Shown here in pieces: positions 25,015-34,318 of a stretch of 64,000 bases of DNA; position 1 is the first letter of the stretch; each line of letters starts with the position of its first letter. Source of the DNA: Phycisphaeraceae bacterium (GTDB taxonomy: Bacteria > Planctomycetota > Phycisphaerae > Phycisphaerales > Phycisphaeraceae); assembly GCA_965230305.1 (NCBI GenBank), contig OZ245998.1, forward strand, positions 808,132 to 872,131, in the 5' to 3' direction. The position numbers and the translations under genes were made by a program. Under the pieces are notes generated by a model. The model was not told where the DNA came from. It saw nothing but the letters and a program-made list of their open reading frames with translations, and ran no database searches.

Positions 25015-26336
25015 CCCGATCCACCCACAACCTGCAGGTCCCGCACCACGACGGTGAGTCTTGGCAGTGGTTCTACTCAGAGGAAGGGCAACCCCAAACA
25101 TCTTCACTGGGCAACTGGCCAATCGACCACGTCCAGGCCGACGCTGCCGAGCTCGCCAACACGGTCCGCGGCAAGGGATACCACAAACAGCCGATTACTC
25201 TGATGATCCCCTCCAGCTGGTGCCTCAGTGCCGTGGTCGACAAAGCCGGCCTCTCCCGTCGCGACCGTCCAAATGGCCTGAGATACCGCTTTGAAGAGCA
25301 TGTTCCTCTCGCGGCGGAGGAGCTAACCACCGACTTCATCGAATCTAAAAACACCGCCTTAGGCGTAGCAGTGGAATCCCAGCGTGTAAGTACTCTGCTC
25401 GATGCGATGGAATCACAAGGACTCGTGATTGACGCAGTCATCCCCGAAAGCTGGCCCCGACTCGCCCAAGCGCTGAGCAACATCCCCGCCGCACCCGCCA
25501 GCACGCACCTCCTCGTCGTTCAGCACAACGGCCAGATGGACCTTCTGTGGACCCGGTGCCAACAGCCCGTTGCCTGGCTCCACGAACCGACCAGTGCCGA
25601 GTCACTCCGCCTTCACCTGGATCGAACACGCATCGCGCACCATGAAACACCGAAGGTACTCGCGTGGGTCGAGGATATGGAACTACGCTCGGTCATCTCC
25701 GCCGCAACGCAGAGCAACCCGGCAACCTTCCTCAACCCAGGCACCAACACCGAAGCCCTGGCCACAGCATCGCCAGTCAACCTCCGCCGGGACGCGTTAG
25801 CCCCCGATGACCCGTACCGTGCGATCCGAGGGGCGTTACGTTTTGCTGGGCTCGGTCTGGCTGCCGCGCTGACCGCGCTCACCCTGATCGGCCTGACCCA
25901 TATCCAGACGTTCAACACCCAGGCCCAATCCCAACGCGACCAGCAAGCCACAGTCTTCCGCGAGGTGTTTCCTGGCCAGCGCGTGCCCATCGGGATCCAA
26001 AGCCGCCTGCAAAGCGAGTGGTCTCGCCTTCAAGGCGTGCACGGCAACCCAAGCGAATCCGCCGTTCGGCCTGCACAACGCGCCCTACCCATCATGGCCG
26101 CCCTGCTCGAACGTCTCCCTAATGACCTTCGCTACCGCGTCAACGAAACCCGAATCGAGGACAAACGCCTGATCCTCCAAGGCGAAGCCAGAAGCATCCA
26201 GGACGCCGACCAGATCGCCGCCGCCCTGCGCCTGCATCGCGGTTTCCATGTGGACGCCCCGCGTACCGAGCGACTCACCGAGGTTGAAGGTGTGCGCTTC
26301 ACAATCACCGCTGAACCCGTGGAGGCCTCTCCATGA
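25011..26336 (+). CDS. GspL-like assembly protein (cytoplasmic domain, one TM, periplasmic domain)
   Basis: 441 aa with a single TM (FAGLGLAAALTALTLIGLTHI) about two thirds along. Sits between the GspC-like and GspM-like genes. ATGA overlaps at both ends. Confidence 0.5.
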   Translation: MTRSTHNLQVPHHDGESWQWFYSEEGQPQTSSLGNWPIDHVQADAAELANTVRGKGYHKQPITLMIPSSWCLSAVVDKAGLSRRDRPNGLRYRFEEHVPLAAEELTTDFIESKNTALGVAVESQRVSTLLDAMESQGLVIDAVIPESWPRLAQALSNIPAAPASTHLLVVQHNGQMDLLWTRCQQPVAWLHEPTSAESLRLHLDRTRIAHHETPKVLAWVEDMELRSVISAATQSNPATFLNPGTNTEALATASPVNLRRDALAPDDPYRAIRGALRFAGLGLAAALTALTLIGLTHIQTFNTQAQSQRDQQATVFREVFPGQRVPIGIQSRLQSEWSRLQGVHGNPSESAVRPAQRALPIMAALLERLPNDLRYRVNETRIEDKRLILQGEARSIQDADQIAAALRLHRGFHVDAPRTERLTEVEGVRFTITAEPVEASP

Positions 26337-26887
26337 CCCCATCGCCAACCAAGCGTCGGATCGCAGTCTGGTTACTACTGGGCTTACTCGTCGGCACCGC
26401 CTGGGTGTGGACACTCCGCCAGCAGGCCCAGCGCCAGTACGAAGCCGCAGCCCAACAACTCACCGCCTCCCGCGAGTTAGCCGCTCATATCCAACAGGCA
26501 CGCGATCAGCCCACCCTCGCCGCCGAAGCACAATTGGCCCCCAGCGAGCTGGCGCAGCGTCTAGCTCACACCGCAGCCGAGTCCGGCATCGCTGCCGAAG
26601 CAATCGCCCGAGTATGGCCTCAGCCCGAACGCCGCCTCGGCGATTCACCCTACACCACCAAGCCCACCGAAATCCACCTCAACGGCATCACTCTCGCGCA
26701 AACCCTAGAACTGCTAACGCGCCTAGAAAACGACACTACTCTTAGCCCCCCGATGGATGTCACAGCCCTACGTATTGTTGCCCCCAGAATCGCCAGCAAC
26801 AACACACTCGACAACGCTCCCGAAACATGGAGCGTCGATGCGACGCTCAGCCAAACGCTTTACCGACCGATCGAATCCAACAGGTAG
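26333..26887 (+). CDS. GspM-like assembly protein
   Basis: 184 aa with an N-terminal TM (IAVWLLLGLLVGTAWVW), a coiled segment, then a small periplasmic domain. Assignment rests mainly on its position after the GspL-like gene. Confidence 0.45.
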   Translation: MTPSPTKRRIAVWLLLGLLVGTAWVWTLRQQAQRQYEAAAQQLTASRELAAHIQQARDQPTLAAEAQLAPSELAQRLAHTAAESGIAAEAIARVWPQPERRLGDSPYTTKPTEIHLNGITLAQTLELLTRLENDTTLSPPMDVTALRIVAPRIASNNTLDNAPETWSVDATLSQTLYRPIESNR

Positions 26888-26893
26888 TTCACC

Positions 26894-27484
26894 ATGCGTT
26901 ATCTAATCGTGATTCTCACCCTCGCCGCGCTCCTCGTGCTGCCCGCGTGCAAAGCCCGTCAACAGGACGCGCCGCGCTACCAGACCGTCACCCCCCAGGC
27001 CGCCGGCGACCCTGTTGCAGCGCGTCACCACAACGCCCGTGGCATAGAACACCTCGAAGCCGGCGAGCTTGACGACGCCGCCCTAGCCTTCCGTGAGGCG
27101 CTGACCGCCGACGTCACCTCCGCCGCCGCCCACAACAACCTCGGCAAGGTCTACTACCTCCAACATGACTACTACCGCGCCGCCTGGGAGTTCGAGTACG
27201 CCATCTCACTGGCCCCGGACCTGCCCGAGCCCAAGAACAACCTCGCCATCGTCCTCGAGGCCGTCGGCCGGCTCGACGACGCGGTCACGCATTACCAAAA
27301 CGCGCTCACCCTAATCCCTGATAACGCCGAGGTCATGGGCAACCTCGCCCGCGCCCGCCTCCGCCGCGGCGACCCCCCGCAACAGGTGCATGCACTGCTA
27401 ACCCGCCTAGTCGAGATCGAAACTCGGCCGACCTGGCGCGAATGGGCGAGCAACATGCTTGCCCTTCATTCCAGCCCTGACTGA
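26894..27484 (+). CDS. TPR-repeat lipoprotein, last gene of the T2SS operon (possible secretin assembly factor)
   Basis: Lipobox LVLPAC. TPR-like repeats (AALAFREALTADVTSAAAHNNLGKVYYLQHDYYRAAWEFEYAISLAPDLPEPKNNLAIVLEAVGRLDDAVTHYQNALTLIPDNAEVMGNLA). Confidence 0.7.
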   Translation: MRYLIVILTLAALLVLPACKARQQDAPRYQTVTPQAAGDPVAARHHNARGIEHLEAGELDDAALAFREALTADVTSAAAHNNLGKVYYLQHDYYRAAWEFEYAISLAPDLPEPKNNLAIVLEAVGRLDDAVTHYQNALTLIPDNAEVMGNLARARLRRGDPPQQVHALLTRLVEIETRPTWREWASNMLALHSSPD

Positions 27485-28141
27485 TGCACTGCCCTCCCAA
27501 CTCAGCTATCGATCGACCTGTCATGGTCGACCAGATACTCAAGGGACGCATCAAGCACCAGCGATATCCGTGATAGGCGATGAGCCGCAGGTACATGCCC
27601 TCTATGAAGTCATCGTATACCGCACGTTGACTGAAAAATCGCATCGCTCGCAACTCGGCCAGCCGGTTCGTGATCGCGTTCCATACAAGCCTCGATGAGG
27701 CTGATTCGGGCGAGCCAATCTACACCGACCAAGGATAATCCCGAAGCTCTGATGACTGATCCGGCGCGCGAACCACGCACAGGCGCGTCGAAGAAATAGT
27801 GTTGAGGGGCTGATAAACAGATTTGATGGGTGCATGCGAGGCCGATTCGCTCACTTGAGTGCTTGCAGGGAGAGGATTGCCGTAGGTCTTTTACGGCCAA
27901 CAATTTTCCCAGCGATTATCAGATATCGCCAGAGATTCCCACGCCGCCACTTTACAACTGGCTGTTTTCGCCCTACGGCAACAACCCGTCTCTCACCGGC
28001 GGCATCCACCCGGAGTTGATCATCGGCCTCAGCTTTTTACTGCTGCAAATCTTGCTGCTGGCCGTTTTCTCCAGCTACGTCCGGCGGATCACCAAAGGCA
28101 TGCGCTGGGCGAACCGGTAATCGCGGCCAAACCCAACCGAA

Positions 28142-29563
28142 TCAATACCCGCCGCCGCCGGATTGGTGGGCGAGGTTGTGGAAGCTGGTGGTGGGGCCGT
28201 GGAATGTCAGCTCGACCGTACCGGTGGGCCCGTTCCGCTGCTTGGCGACGATGACCTCGGCGGTGTTGGTCGGGGTGTAATCCGGGCTCGAACGGTGGTA
28301 GTAGTCTTCGCGGTGGAGCATCATCACGACGTCCGCGTCCTGCTCGATCGAGCCGGACTCACGCAGGTCGGACATGCGCGGGCGGTGGCCCTCGCGCTGC
28401 TCCGCCGAGCGGTTGAGCTGGGACAGGCAGACGACCGCGACATTCAGTTCACGGGCCAAAGCTTTGACGCCACGGGAGATCACGGAGACCTCCTGCTGGC
28501 GGGACTCGCTGCCGGGCGCGGACATGAGCTGGAGGTAGTCGATCACGATGGCCTTGAGGTCGTGCTGAGACGCCAGCCGTCGGGCTTTGGCGCGAAGGCC
28601 CAGCAGGGTCAGGCCCGGCGTGTCATCGATGTACATCGGGGCCTCGGCCAGCTCGCCGATGGTACGGGCGATCTCCTGGAAGTCTTCGCCCGTGAGCGCG
28701 TTGCGGCGGAGCTTGTGGCTGTCCACACCCGAGCGGGAACACAATAGACGCTGAGCCAACTGCTGCTTGCCCATCTCCAACGAGAAGATCGCCACCGGCT
28801 GCCGATTCGTCGCGGCAATGTGCTCGGCGATGTTCAACGCAAATGCGGTCTTACCCATCGAAGGACGGGCCGCGACGATGATCATCTCACCCCGCTGCAG
28901 GCCCGAGAGCATCTCGTCCATCTCGAAGAAGCCCGTCTCGATGCCGGTGATCACCCGGCCGTCTTCCGCCCGCTGCGCCAGCGTATCGTAGGTCTCCTGC
29001 AGCAGGTCCTTCAGTGCAGACGCCTCGTTGGCCTGCCCAGACTGGGCGATCTCAAACACATCGCGCATCGCCTTGTCCAGCAGGTTGCCCACCGGCTCAT
29101 CGGCGTTGTAGCACTCGTAAAGAATCTTGCCCGTCGCTTCGATCAGCCCGCGCAGCGTCGCTTTGTCCTGCACGATCCGCGCGTAGTGCGCCGCATGCAC
29201 CGGCGAGGGCACCGCCTCCGCCAACTCCAGCAGGTACTCGACGCCGCCCACATCATCCAGCAGCTGCTTGTCCTGCAAACGCTGCGTCAGCTGCACCACG
29301 TCCACCGACTGGTGCTTGTCGTACAGCTCGACCAGCAGCTCATACACGACGACGTGGGCCTGCTTGTAGAAGGACTCGGGCTTCTTGATGATCTGGACGA
29401 CCTCGCCACAGACACGCCAGTCCTGGAGCATCGAGCCCAGCAGCGCCGCCTCGGCTTCCAAGGCGTGCGGCGGGAGCTTGTCAAACAACTTCGCCAGCTC
29501 GACCCGTTGTTCGTTGAACTCGGTGCGGCGACGACGGGCGGAAGACGAGGGGGCCTGGGTCAT
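28142..29563 (-). CDS. dnaB: Replicative DNA helicase DnaB
   Basis: N-terminal PPHALEAEAALLGSML, Walker A AARPSMGKTAFALN, IVIDYLQLM, and LSQLNRSAEQREGHRPRMSDLRESGSIEQDADVV. Confidence 0.95.
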   Translation of the reverse strand: MTQAPSSSARRRRTEFNEQRVELAKLFDKLPPHALEAEAALLGSMLQDWRVCGEVVQIIKKPESFYKQAHVVVYELLVELYDKHQSVDVVQLTQRLQDKQLLDDVGGVEYLLELAEAVPSPVHAAHYARIVQDKATLRGLIEATGKILYECYNADEPVGNLLDKAMRDVFEIAQSGQANEASALKDLLQETYDTLAQRAEDGRVITGIETGFFEMDEMLSGLQRGEMIIVAARPSMGKTAFALNIAEHIAATNRQPVAIFSLEMGKQQLAQRLLCSRSGVDSHKLRRNALTGEDFQEIARTIGELAEAPMYIDDTPGLTLLGLRAKARRLASQHDLKAIVIDYLQLMSAPGSESRQQEVSVISRGVKALARELNVAVVCLSQLNRSAEQREGHRPRMSDLRESGSIEQDADVVMMLHREDYYHRSSPDYTPTNTAEVIVAKQRNGPTGTVELTFHGPTTSFHNLAHQSGGGGY

Positions 29564-29657
29564 CCCCGCATCATAAACCCCCCAGCCCGGGCTTCAGGCT
29601 GGGGCAGGAAATATGCAAATCGTCCGTACAACCTGTCGGTAGCGCGAGCCGGGGCCC

Positions 29658-30290
29658 TTAGGCGTCCTGCTTGGCGTACATGTTCCGGGTCGTCACAATC
29701 CGGACCACCTCCGCCACATTGCCCGCCCCGAGCTTCCGCATGATGTTGTCCCGGTGGGTTTCGACGGTTTTCACGGAGATAAAGAGCTCGGTGGCAATCT
29801 GTTTCGTCCGCTTGCCCTGGACGATCATGTCCACGACCTGCGTCTCGCGGGGCGTCAGCTTGGCCAAACGCTTCTCGACTTCCGCACGCTCGACCGATTG
29901 GGCTTTCTTCTGGCGTGAGGCGGCCAACGCCTCCTGCACCGCCTTGAGCAGCTCGTCCGGATCAACCGGCTTGCGGAGGAACGTCGTCGCCCCCGTCCGC
30001 ATCGCCGACACCGCGGTATCAACCGTGCCGAAGCCGCTTAAGAACACCACCGGCAGGCACTCGCCGCGCTCAGCCAAGGCCTTCTGCACTTCCAGTCCGT
30101 CCAGGTCCGGCAGATTCAGGTCCAGCACCACGCACGAAGCGGAGCCGTCGAATACCGCGTCCCGAAGGAACTGCTGCCCCGAGGGGTAGCTGACCACCTG
30201 CAAGCCGTGCTGGCCCAGCATCAACTCCAGCGATCGCCTGATCGAGACTTCGTCATCGACAATGTAAACGGTACCCGACAACTGGCTCAT
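29658..30290 (-). CDS. Response regulator, REC plus LuxR/FixJ-type HTH (orphan)
   Basis: VYIVDDE, VVLDLNLPDLDG, and the HTH LTPRETQVVDMIVQGKRTKQIATELFISVKTVETHRDNIMRKL. Start taken at MSQLSG (track ORF extends to 30359). No kinase gene is adjacent. Confidence 0.85.
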   Translation of the reverse strand: MSQLSGTVYIVDDEVSIRRSLELMLGQHGLQVVSYPSGQQFLRDAVFDGSASCVVLDLNLPDLDGLEVQKALAERGECLPVVFLSGFGTVDTAVSAMRTGATTFLRKPVDPDELLKAVQEALAASRQKKAQSVERAEVEKRLAKLTPRETQVVDMIVQGKRTKQIATELFISVKTVETHRDNIMRKLGAGNVAEVVRIVTTRNMYAKQDA

Positions 30291-30616
30291 CTGAGCAGGT
30301 CTCCTAGGCCCCCCGGCCCCCTGCGGTTCGTGTCGACTAGAGAACTCAATGGGGAACAACGCTGAATCGTCTTGAAGCTTGCACGATCCTTCGCCGTTCT
30401 ACTCTAGACGGCCCGCCCTGGTTAAGTCTATGTTTCAACTGCACTAAAACTTCATGCAGGAGCCGTGGAACCCGACCACGTACCCTTAGCATTATGACTT
30501 GCACGGTTTGGACATGCATCAGATAAACCCCTGATTTTGCCCGGTTTGTGGATGCCGTAGATCTCTTTTTTCAGCCCGCATTTCCATCTGCTGTGATGAA
30601 GTATCCTGCCCCAATC

Positions 30617-33541
30617 ATGAATACGACCCACGAATCGCATCCTGCGGAAAACCCAGACCAGAACGTCGGTCAATACGACTTTGCCGCCATCGAATCCCGC
30701 TGGCAGGCTTTCTGGGAATCCCAGCAGACCAACCTGGCCCCCAACCCCGGCGACACGGGTTTCCGCGCGGAGCAGCCCAAGTACTTCGTCCTGGACATGT
30801 TCCCGTACCCCTCGGGCGTCGGCCTGCACGTCGGCCATCCGCTGGGCTTCATCGCCACCGACATCGTCGCCCGCTTCAAGCGCATGGCGGGGTTCAACGT
30901 CCTGCACACCATGGGCTTTGACGCCTTCGGCCTGCCCGCCGAGCAGTACGCGGTCGAGACCGGCGTCCACCCCGCGATCACCACCCAACAGAACATCGAC
31001 AACATGAACCGCCAGCTCCGGGCCCTGGGCATGGGCTACGACTGGTCGCGCCAGCTGGCTACGACCGACCCCGACTACTACCGCTGGACGCAGTGGATCT
31101 TCCTGCAGCTGTACAACAGCTACTTCGATCCGCTCGAGCAGAAAGCCCGACCGATCAGCGAACTCCGCCGAAAGCTGGAAGGCGAAGACTATTACGTCGG
31201 CATCAGCGGCGAGCTCATCCTCTCGGGCACCCGCGAAGACCTCGAAGCCCTCGAAGGCCCGCCCTCTTTGGTTCACAAGTGGTACGAGTTGGACGCCCAA
31301 CAACAAGAGCGCCTGATCGACACCTGCCGCCTGGCGTTCCTCGACGAAGTCCCGGTCAACTGGTGCCCCGCGCTGGGCACCGTGCTGGCCAACGAAGAGG
31401 TCACCGCCGAGGGCCGCAGCGAGCGCGGCAACCACCCGGTCTTCAAGCGTCCGCTCAAGCAGTGGATGCTCCGCATCACGTCCTTCGCCGACCGCCTGAT
31501 CCAAGACCTAGACATCGTCGATTGGCCCGAGCCGATCAAGCTGCTGCAACGCAACTGGATAGGCAAGTCCACCGGTGCCGAGGTCGACTTCCCCATCGCA
31601 GGCGACCGCCCCGAAACCCAAGACGAAACCATCCGCGTCTTCACCACACGCCCCGACACCTTGTTCGGCGCGACGTACATGGTCCTCGCCCCCGAGCACC
31701 CGCTCGTCGAAGCGATCACGACCGACGAGCAGCGCGGAGCGGTCACCCAGTACCAGGCCGAGGCCGCAGCGAAGGCCGACGTCGATCGCCAGGCCGACAC
31801 CAAAGAAAAAACCGGCGTGTTCACCGGCGCCTACGCCACCAACCCGCTGACCAATCAGCCGATCCCCGTCTGGATCGCCGACTACGTCATGATGGGCTAC
31901 GGCACCGGCGCGATCATGGCCGTCCCCGCCCACGACGAACGCGACTTCGCCTTTGCCCAAGCCTTCCGCCTGCCGATCATCTACGTCGTCGCGCCCAAAG
32001 ACGGCCACCCCGAAGACCAGGCCTACACCGGCGACGGCACGCTCATCAACTCTTCCAACGATGACGTCACCCTCGACGAACTGGCGGTCCCCGATGCCAA
32101 GAAGGTCATCACCGCCTACCTCGAGCAGCAGGGCTTCGGCAAAGCCACCGTGCAGTACAAGCTCCGCGACTGGCTGTTCTCCCGCCAACGCTACTGGGGC
32201 GAGCCGTTCCCGATCCTGCATGAGTTGGACGACCAAGGCCAACGCACCGGCTCGATCCGCGGCATCGACGAGGCCGACCTCCCCGTCGCATTGCCGGAGA
32301 TGGACGACTTCAAGCCCCACGGCAGCGACGACCCCAACGCCCCGGTCAACCCGCCGCTAGGTCGGGCCCCCGAGGCCTGGCGCTACGTCACGATCGACGG
32401 CCAACCCTACGAGCGCGAGCTCAACACCATGCCCCAGTGGGCTGGCAGCTGCTGGTATTACCTCCGCTACCTGGACCCGACCAACGAGGAGCGTTTCGTT
32501 GGACAGGACGCGGAACACTACTGGATGGTCTCGAAGAAGAAAGACGGCACCCCCCATGCCGGCGGCGTCGACCTGTACGTCGGCGGCGTCGAGCACGCCG
32601 TGCTCCACCTTCTCTACGCCCGGTTCTGGCACAAGGTCTTGTTTGACCTCGGCCACGTCGCCACCCCCGAGCCGTTCGGCAAGCTGTTCAACCAGGGCTA
32701 CATCCAGGCCTACTGCTACCGCGACAAGCGCGGCATCGCCGTGCCCGCCGCAGAAGTCGTCAACGAACAAGGTCAGCCCGCCAGCGAAGTGCAGGGTAAG
32801 AAGGGGCAGAAGTACTTCTACAACGAAGAGCCCGTCACCGAAGAGTACGGCAAGATGGGCAAAAGCCTGAAGAACGCCGCAACCCCCGATGAGGTCTGCG
32901 ACCAGTACGGTGCCGACTCGCTCCGGCTGTACGAGATGTACCTCGGCCCGTTGGAAGCCTCCAAGCCCTGGTCCACGCGCGACATCGTCGGCGTCCACCG
33001 CTTCCTCCAGCGCGTCTGGCGGAACCTCATCGACGAGGCCACCGGGCAGACCACCGTTGTTAACGCGGAGATCCCCGACGACCTGAACCGCTTGCTGCAC
33101 AAGACCATCGCCGGCGTCACCGCCGACATGGAAGCGATGCGATTCAACACCGCGATCGCCAAGCTGATCGAGTTGAACAACGCGCTGACCAAGCTCGACG
33201 CCGTGCCGCGTCTGGTGGCCGAAGAACTCGTGGCGATGCTCGCACCGATGGCACCGCATATTGCGGAAGAGCTCTGGGAGAAGCTCGGGCACCAACCCAG
33301 CGTGACCCGCCAGCCCTGGCCGGTGCATGACCCCAAGTGGCTTGTGCAGGACACGCTGGAGATCCCCGTGCAGGTCAACGGCAAGGTCCGCAGCAAGATC
33401 ACCGTCCCCGCCGACGCCGACCAGGCCGCCGTCCAGGCCGCCGCCGAGGCCGACCCCGCCGTCGCCGCCGCGATCGCGGGCAAGACGCTGCGCAAAGCCA
33501 TTGTCGTCCCCGGCCGGATGGTCAACCTCGTCGTGGGATGA
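30617..33541 (+). CDS. leuS: Leucyl-tRNA synthetase
   Basis: HIGH-type motif GLHVGHPLGF and KMSKS-type motif GKMGKSLKN. Editing-domain insertion present. Start taken at MNTTHES (track ORF starts at 30548). Confidence 0.95.
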   Translation: MNTTHESHPAENPDQNVGQYDFAAIESRWQAFWESQQTNLAPNPGDTGFRAEQPKYFVLDMFPYPSGVGLHVGHPLGFIATDIVARFKRMAGFNVLHTMGFDAFGLPAEQYAVETGVHPAITTQQNIDNMNRQLRALGMGYDWSRQLATTDPDYYRWTQWIFLQLYNSYFDPLEQKARPISELRRKLEGEDYYVGISGELILSGTREDLEALEGPPSLVHKWYELDAQQQERLIDTCRLAFLDEVPVNWCPALGTVLANEEVTAEGRSERGNHPVFKRPLKQWMLRITSFADRLIQDLDIVDWPEPIKLLQRNWIGKSTGAEVDFPIAGDRPETQDETIRVFTTRPDTLFGATYMVLAPEHPLVEAITTDEQRGAVTQYQAEAAAKADVDRQADTKEKTGVFTGAYATNPLTNQPIPVWIADYVMMGYGTGAIMAVPAHDERDFAFAQAFRLPIIYVVAPKDGHPEDQAYTGDGTLINSSNDDVTLDELAVPDAKKVITAYLEQQGFGKATVQYKLRDWLFSRQRYWGEPFPILHELDDQGQRTGSIRGIDEADLPVALPEMDDFKPHGSDDPNAPVNPPLGRAPEAWRYVTIDGQPYERELNTMPQWAGSCWYYLRYLDPTNEERFVGQDAEHYWMVSKKKDGTPHAGGVDLYVGGVEHAVLHLLYARFWHKVLFDLGHVATPEPFGKLFNQGYIQAYCYRDKRGIAVPAAEVVNEQGQPASEVQGKKGQKYFYNEEPVTEEYGKMGKSLKNAATPDEVCDQYGADSLRLYEMYLGPLEASKPWSTRDIVGVHRFLQRVWRNLIDEATGQTTVVNAEIPDDLNRLLHKTIAGVTADMEAMRFNTAIAKLIELNNALTKLDAVPRLVAEELVAMLAPMAPHIAEELWEKLGHQPSVTRQPWPVHDPKWLVQDTLEIPVQVNGKVRSKITVPADADQAAVQAAAEADPAVAAAIAGKTLRKAIVVPGRMVNLVVG

Positions 33542-33633
33542 GCGATCCCATCTCAGCGACTCCGGATTTAGATCGTTGGATTCGGCTCCGCTTGGACTAA
33601 GATCAGCCCAACCGCAACGCAAGGGGCCGCGGC

Positions 33634-34308
33634 TTGGTATCGGACGAATCACACTACGAGTTGGCCGAGACGCCTGAAGACGATCACCTGCCGGACGCAG
33701 ACGGACCGACGGCGGAAGCACAGTCTGATGACGAGGTGCCGCTTGGGCCCCCCGCCCCGTTGCCGGTTGTACCCGTACCGTCGGAATTGCTCTCGCGGTA
33801 CTGCCCGGCGTGCGGACAAGACCTGTCCGAGCCCGGCGAACAGATGCGGTGCCCCCGGTGTGATCGGCCGTTCGACCCCGGGAACCCCGCGACGTTTCTC
33901 ACCGCCCCGCCGCCGCCAGCGGTGCGCAACTGGTGGCTGAGCCCGCCGGCGCTGGCGGGGTATGCGCTGCTGCCGACCCTGCTGCTTGGCCGGCTCATCA
34001 TCAACAGCCAGCGTGAGGACTGGTCCACACGCCTGCGCGGCGACGGGCACGAAGAGATCAGCGGCGCGATCGCCCAAGCCGCGATCGCGGCGTTCTCCGG
34101 CCTGATGCTGATCCCCTGGCTGATTGGCTGCGCCTGGTTAGCACTGGTCGCGCTGGACGAGCGATACAACCCCCGACTGCGCATCGCCGCCCCTCTGGGC
34201 GCTTTGCTGGCGGCGGGCATGACACTGGGCTACCCCCGGCCGATCCTGATCGCCGCCCTGGCATGCGGCGCGTTCGCGGGGCTGCTCCGACGCTGGCAGG
34301 CGGGCTGA
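33634..34308 (+). CDS. Zn-ribbon membrane protein (CPxCG..CPRC)
   Basis: Acidic N-terminus and Zn-ribbon CPACGQDLSEPGEQMRCPRCDRPF at 33802..33861. Hydrophobic segments follow (WWLSPPALAGYALLPTLLLG, LMLIPWLIGCAWLALVAL, ILIAALACGAFAGLL). TTG start as given in the track. Confidence 0.45.
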   Translation: MVSDESHYELAETPEDDHLPDADGPTAEAQSDDEVPLGPPAPLPVVPVPSELLSRYCPACGQDLSEPGEQMRCPRCDRPFDPGNPATFLTAPPPPAVRNWWLSPPALAGYALLPTLLLGRLIINSQREDWSTRLRGDGHEEISGAIAQAAIAAFSGLMLIPWLIGCAWLALVALDERYNPRLRIAAPLGALLAAGMTLGYPRPILIAALACGAFAGLLRRWQAG

Positions 34309-34318
34309 TCAATCGTGC

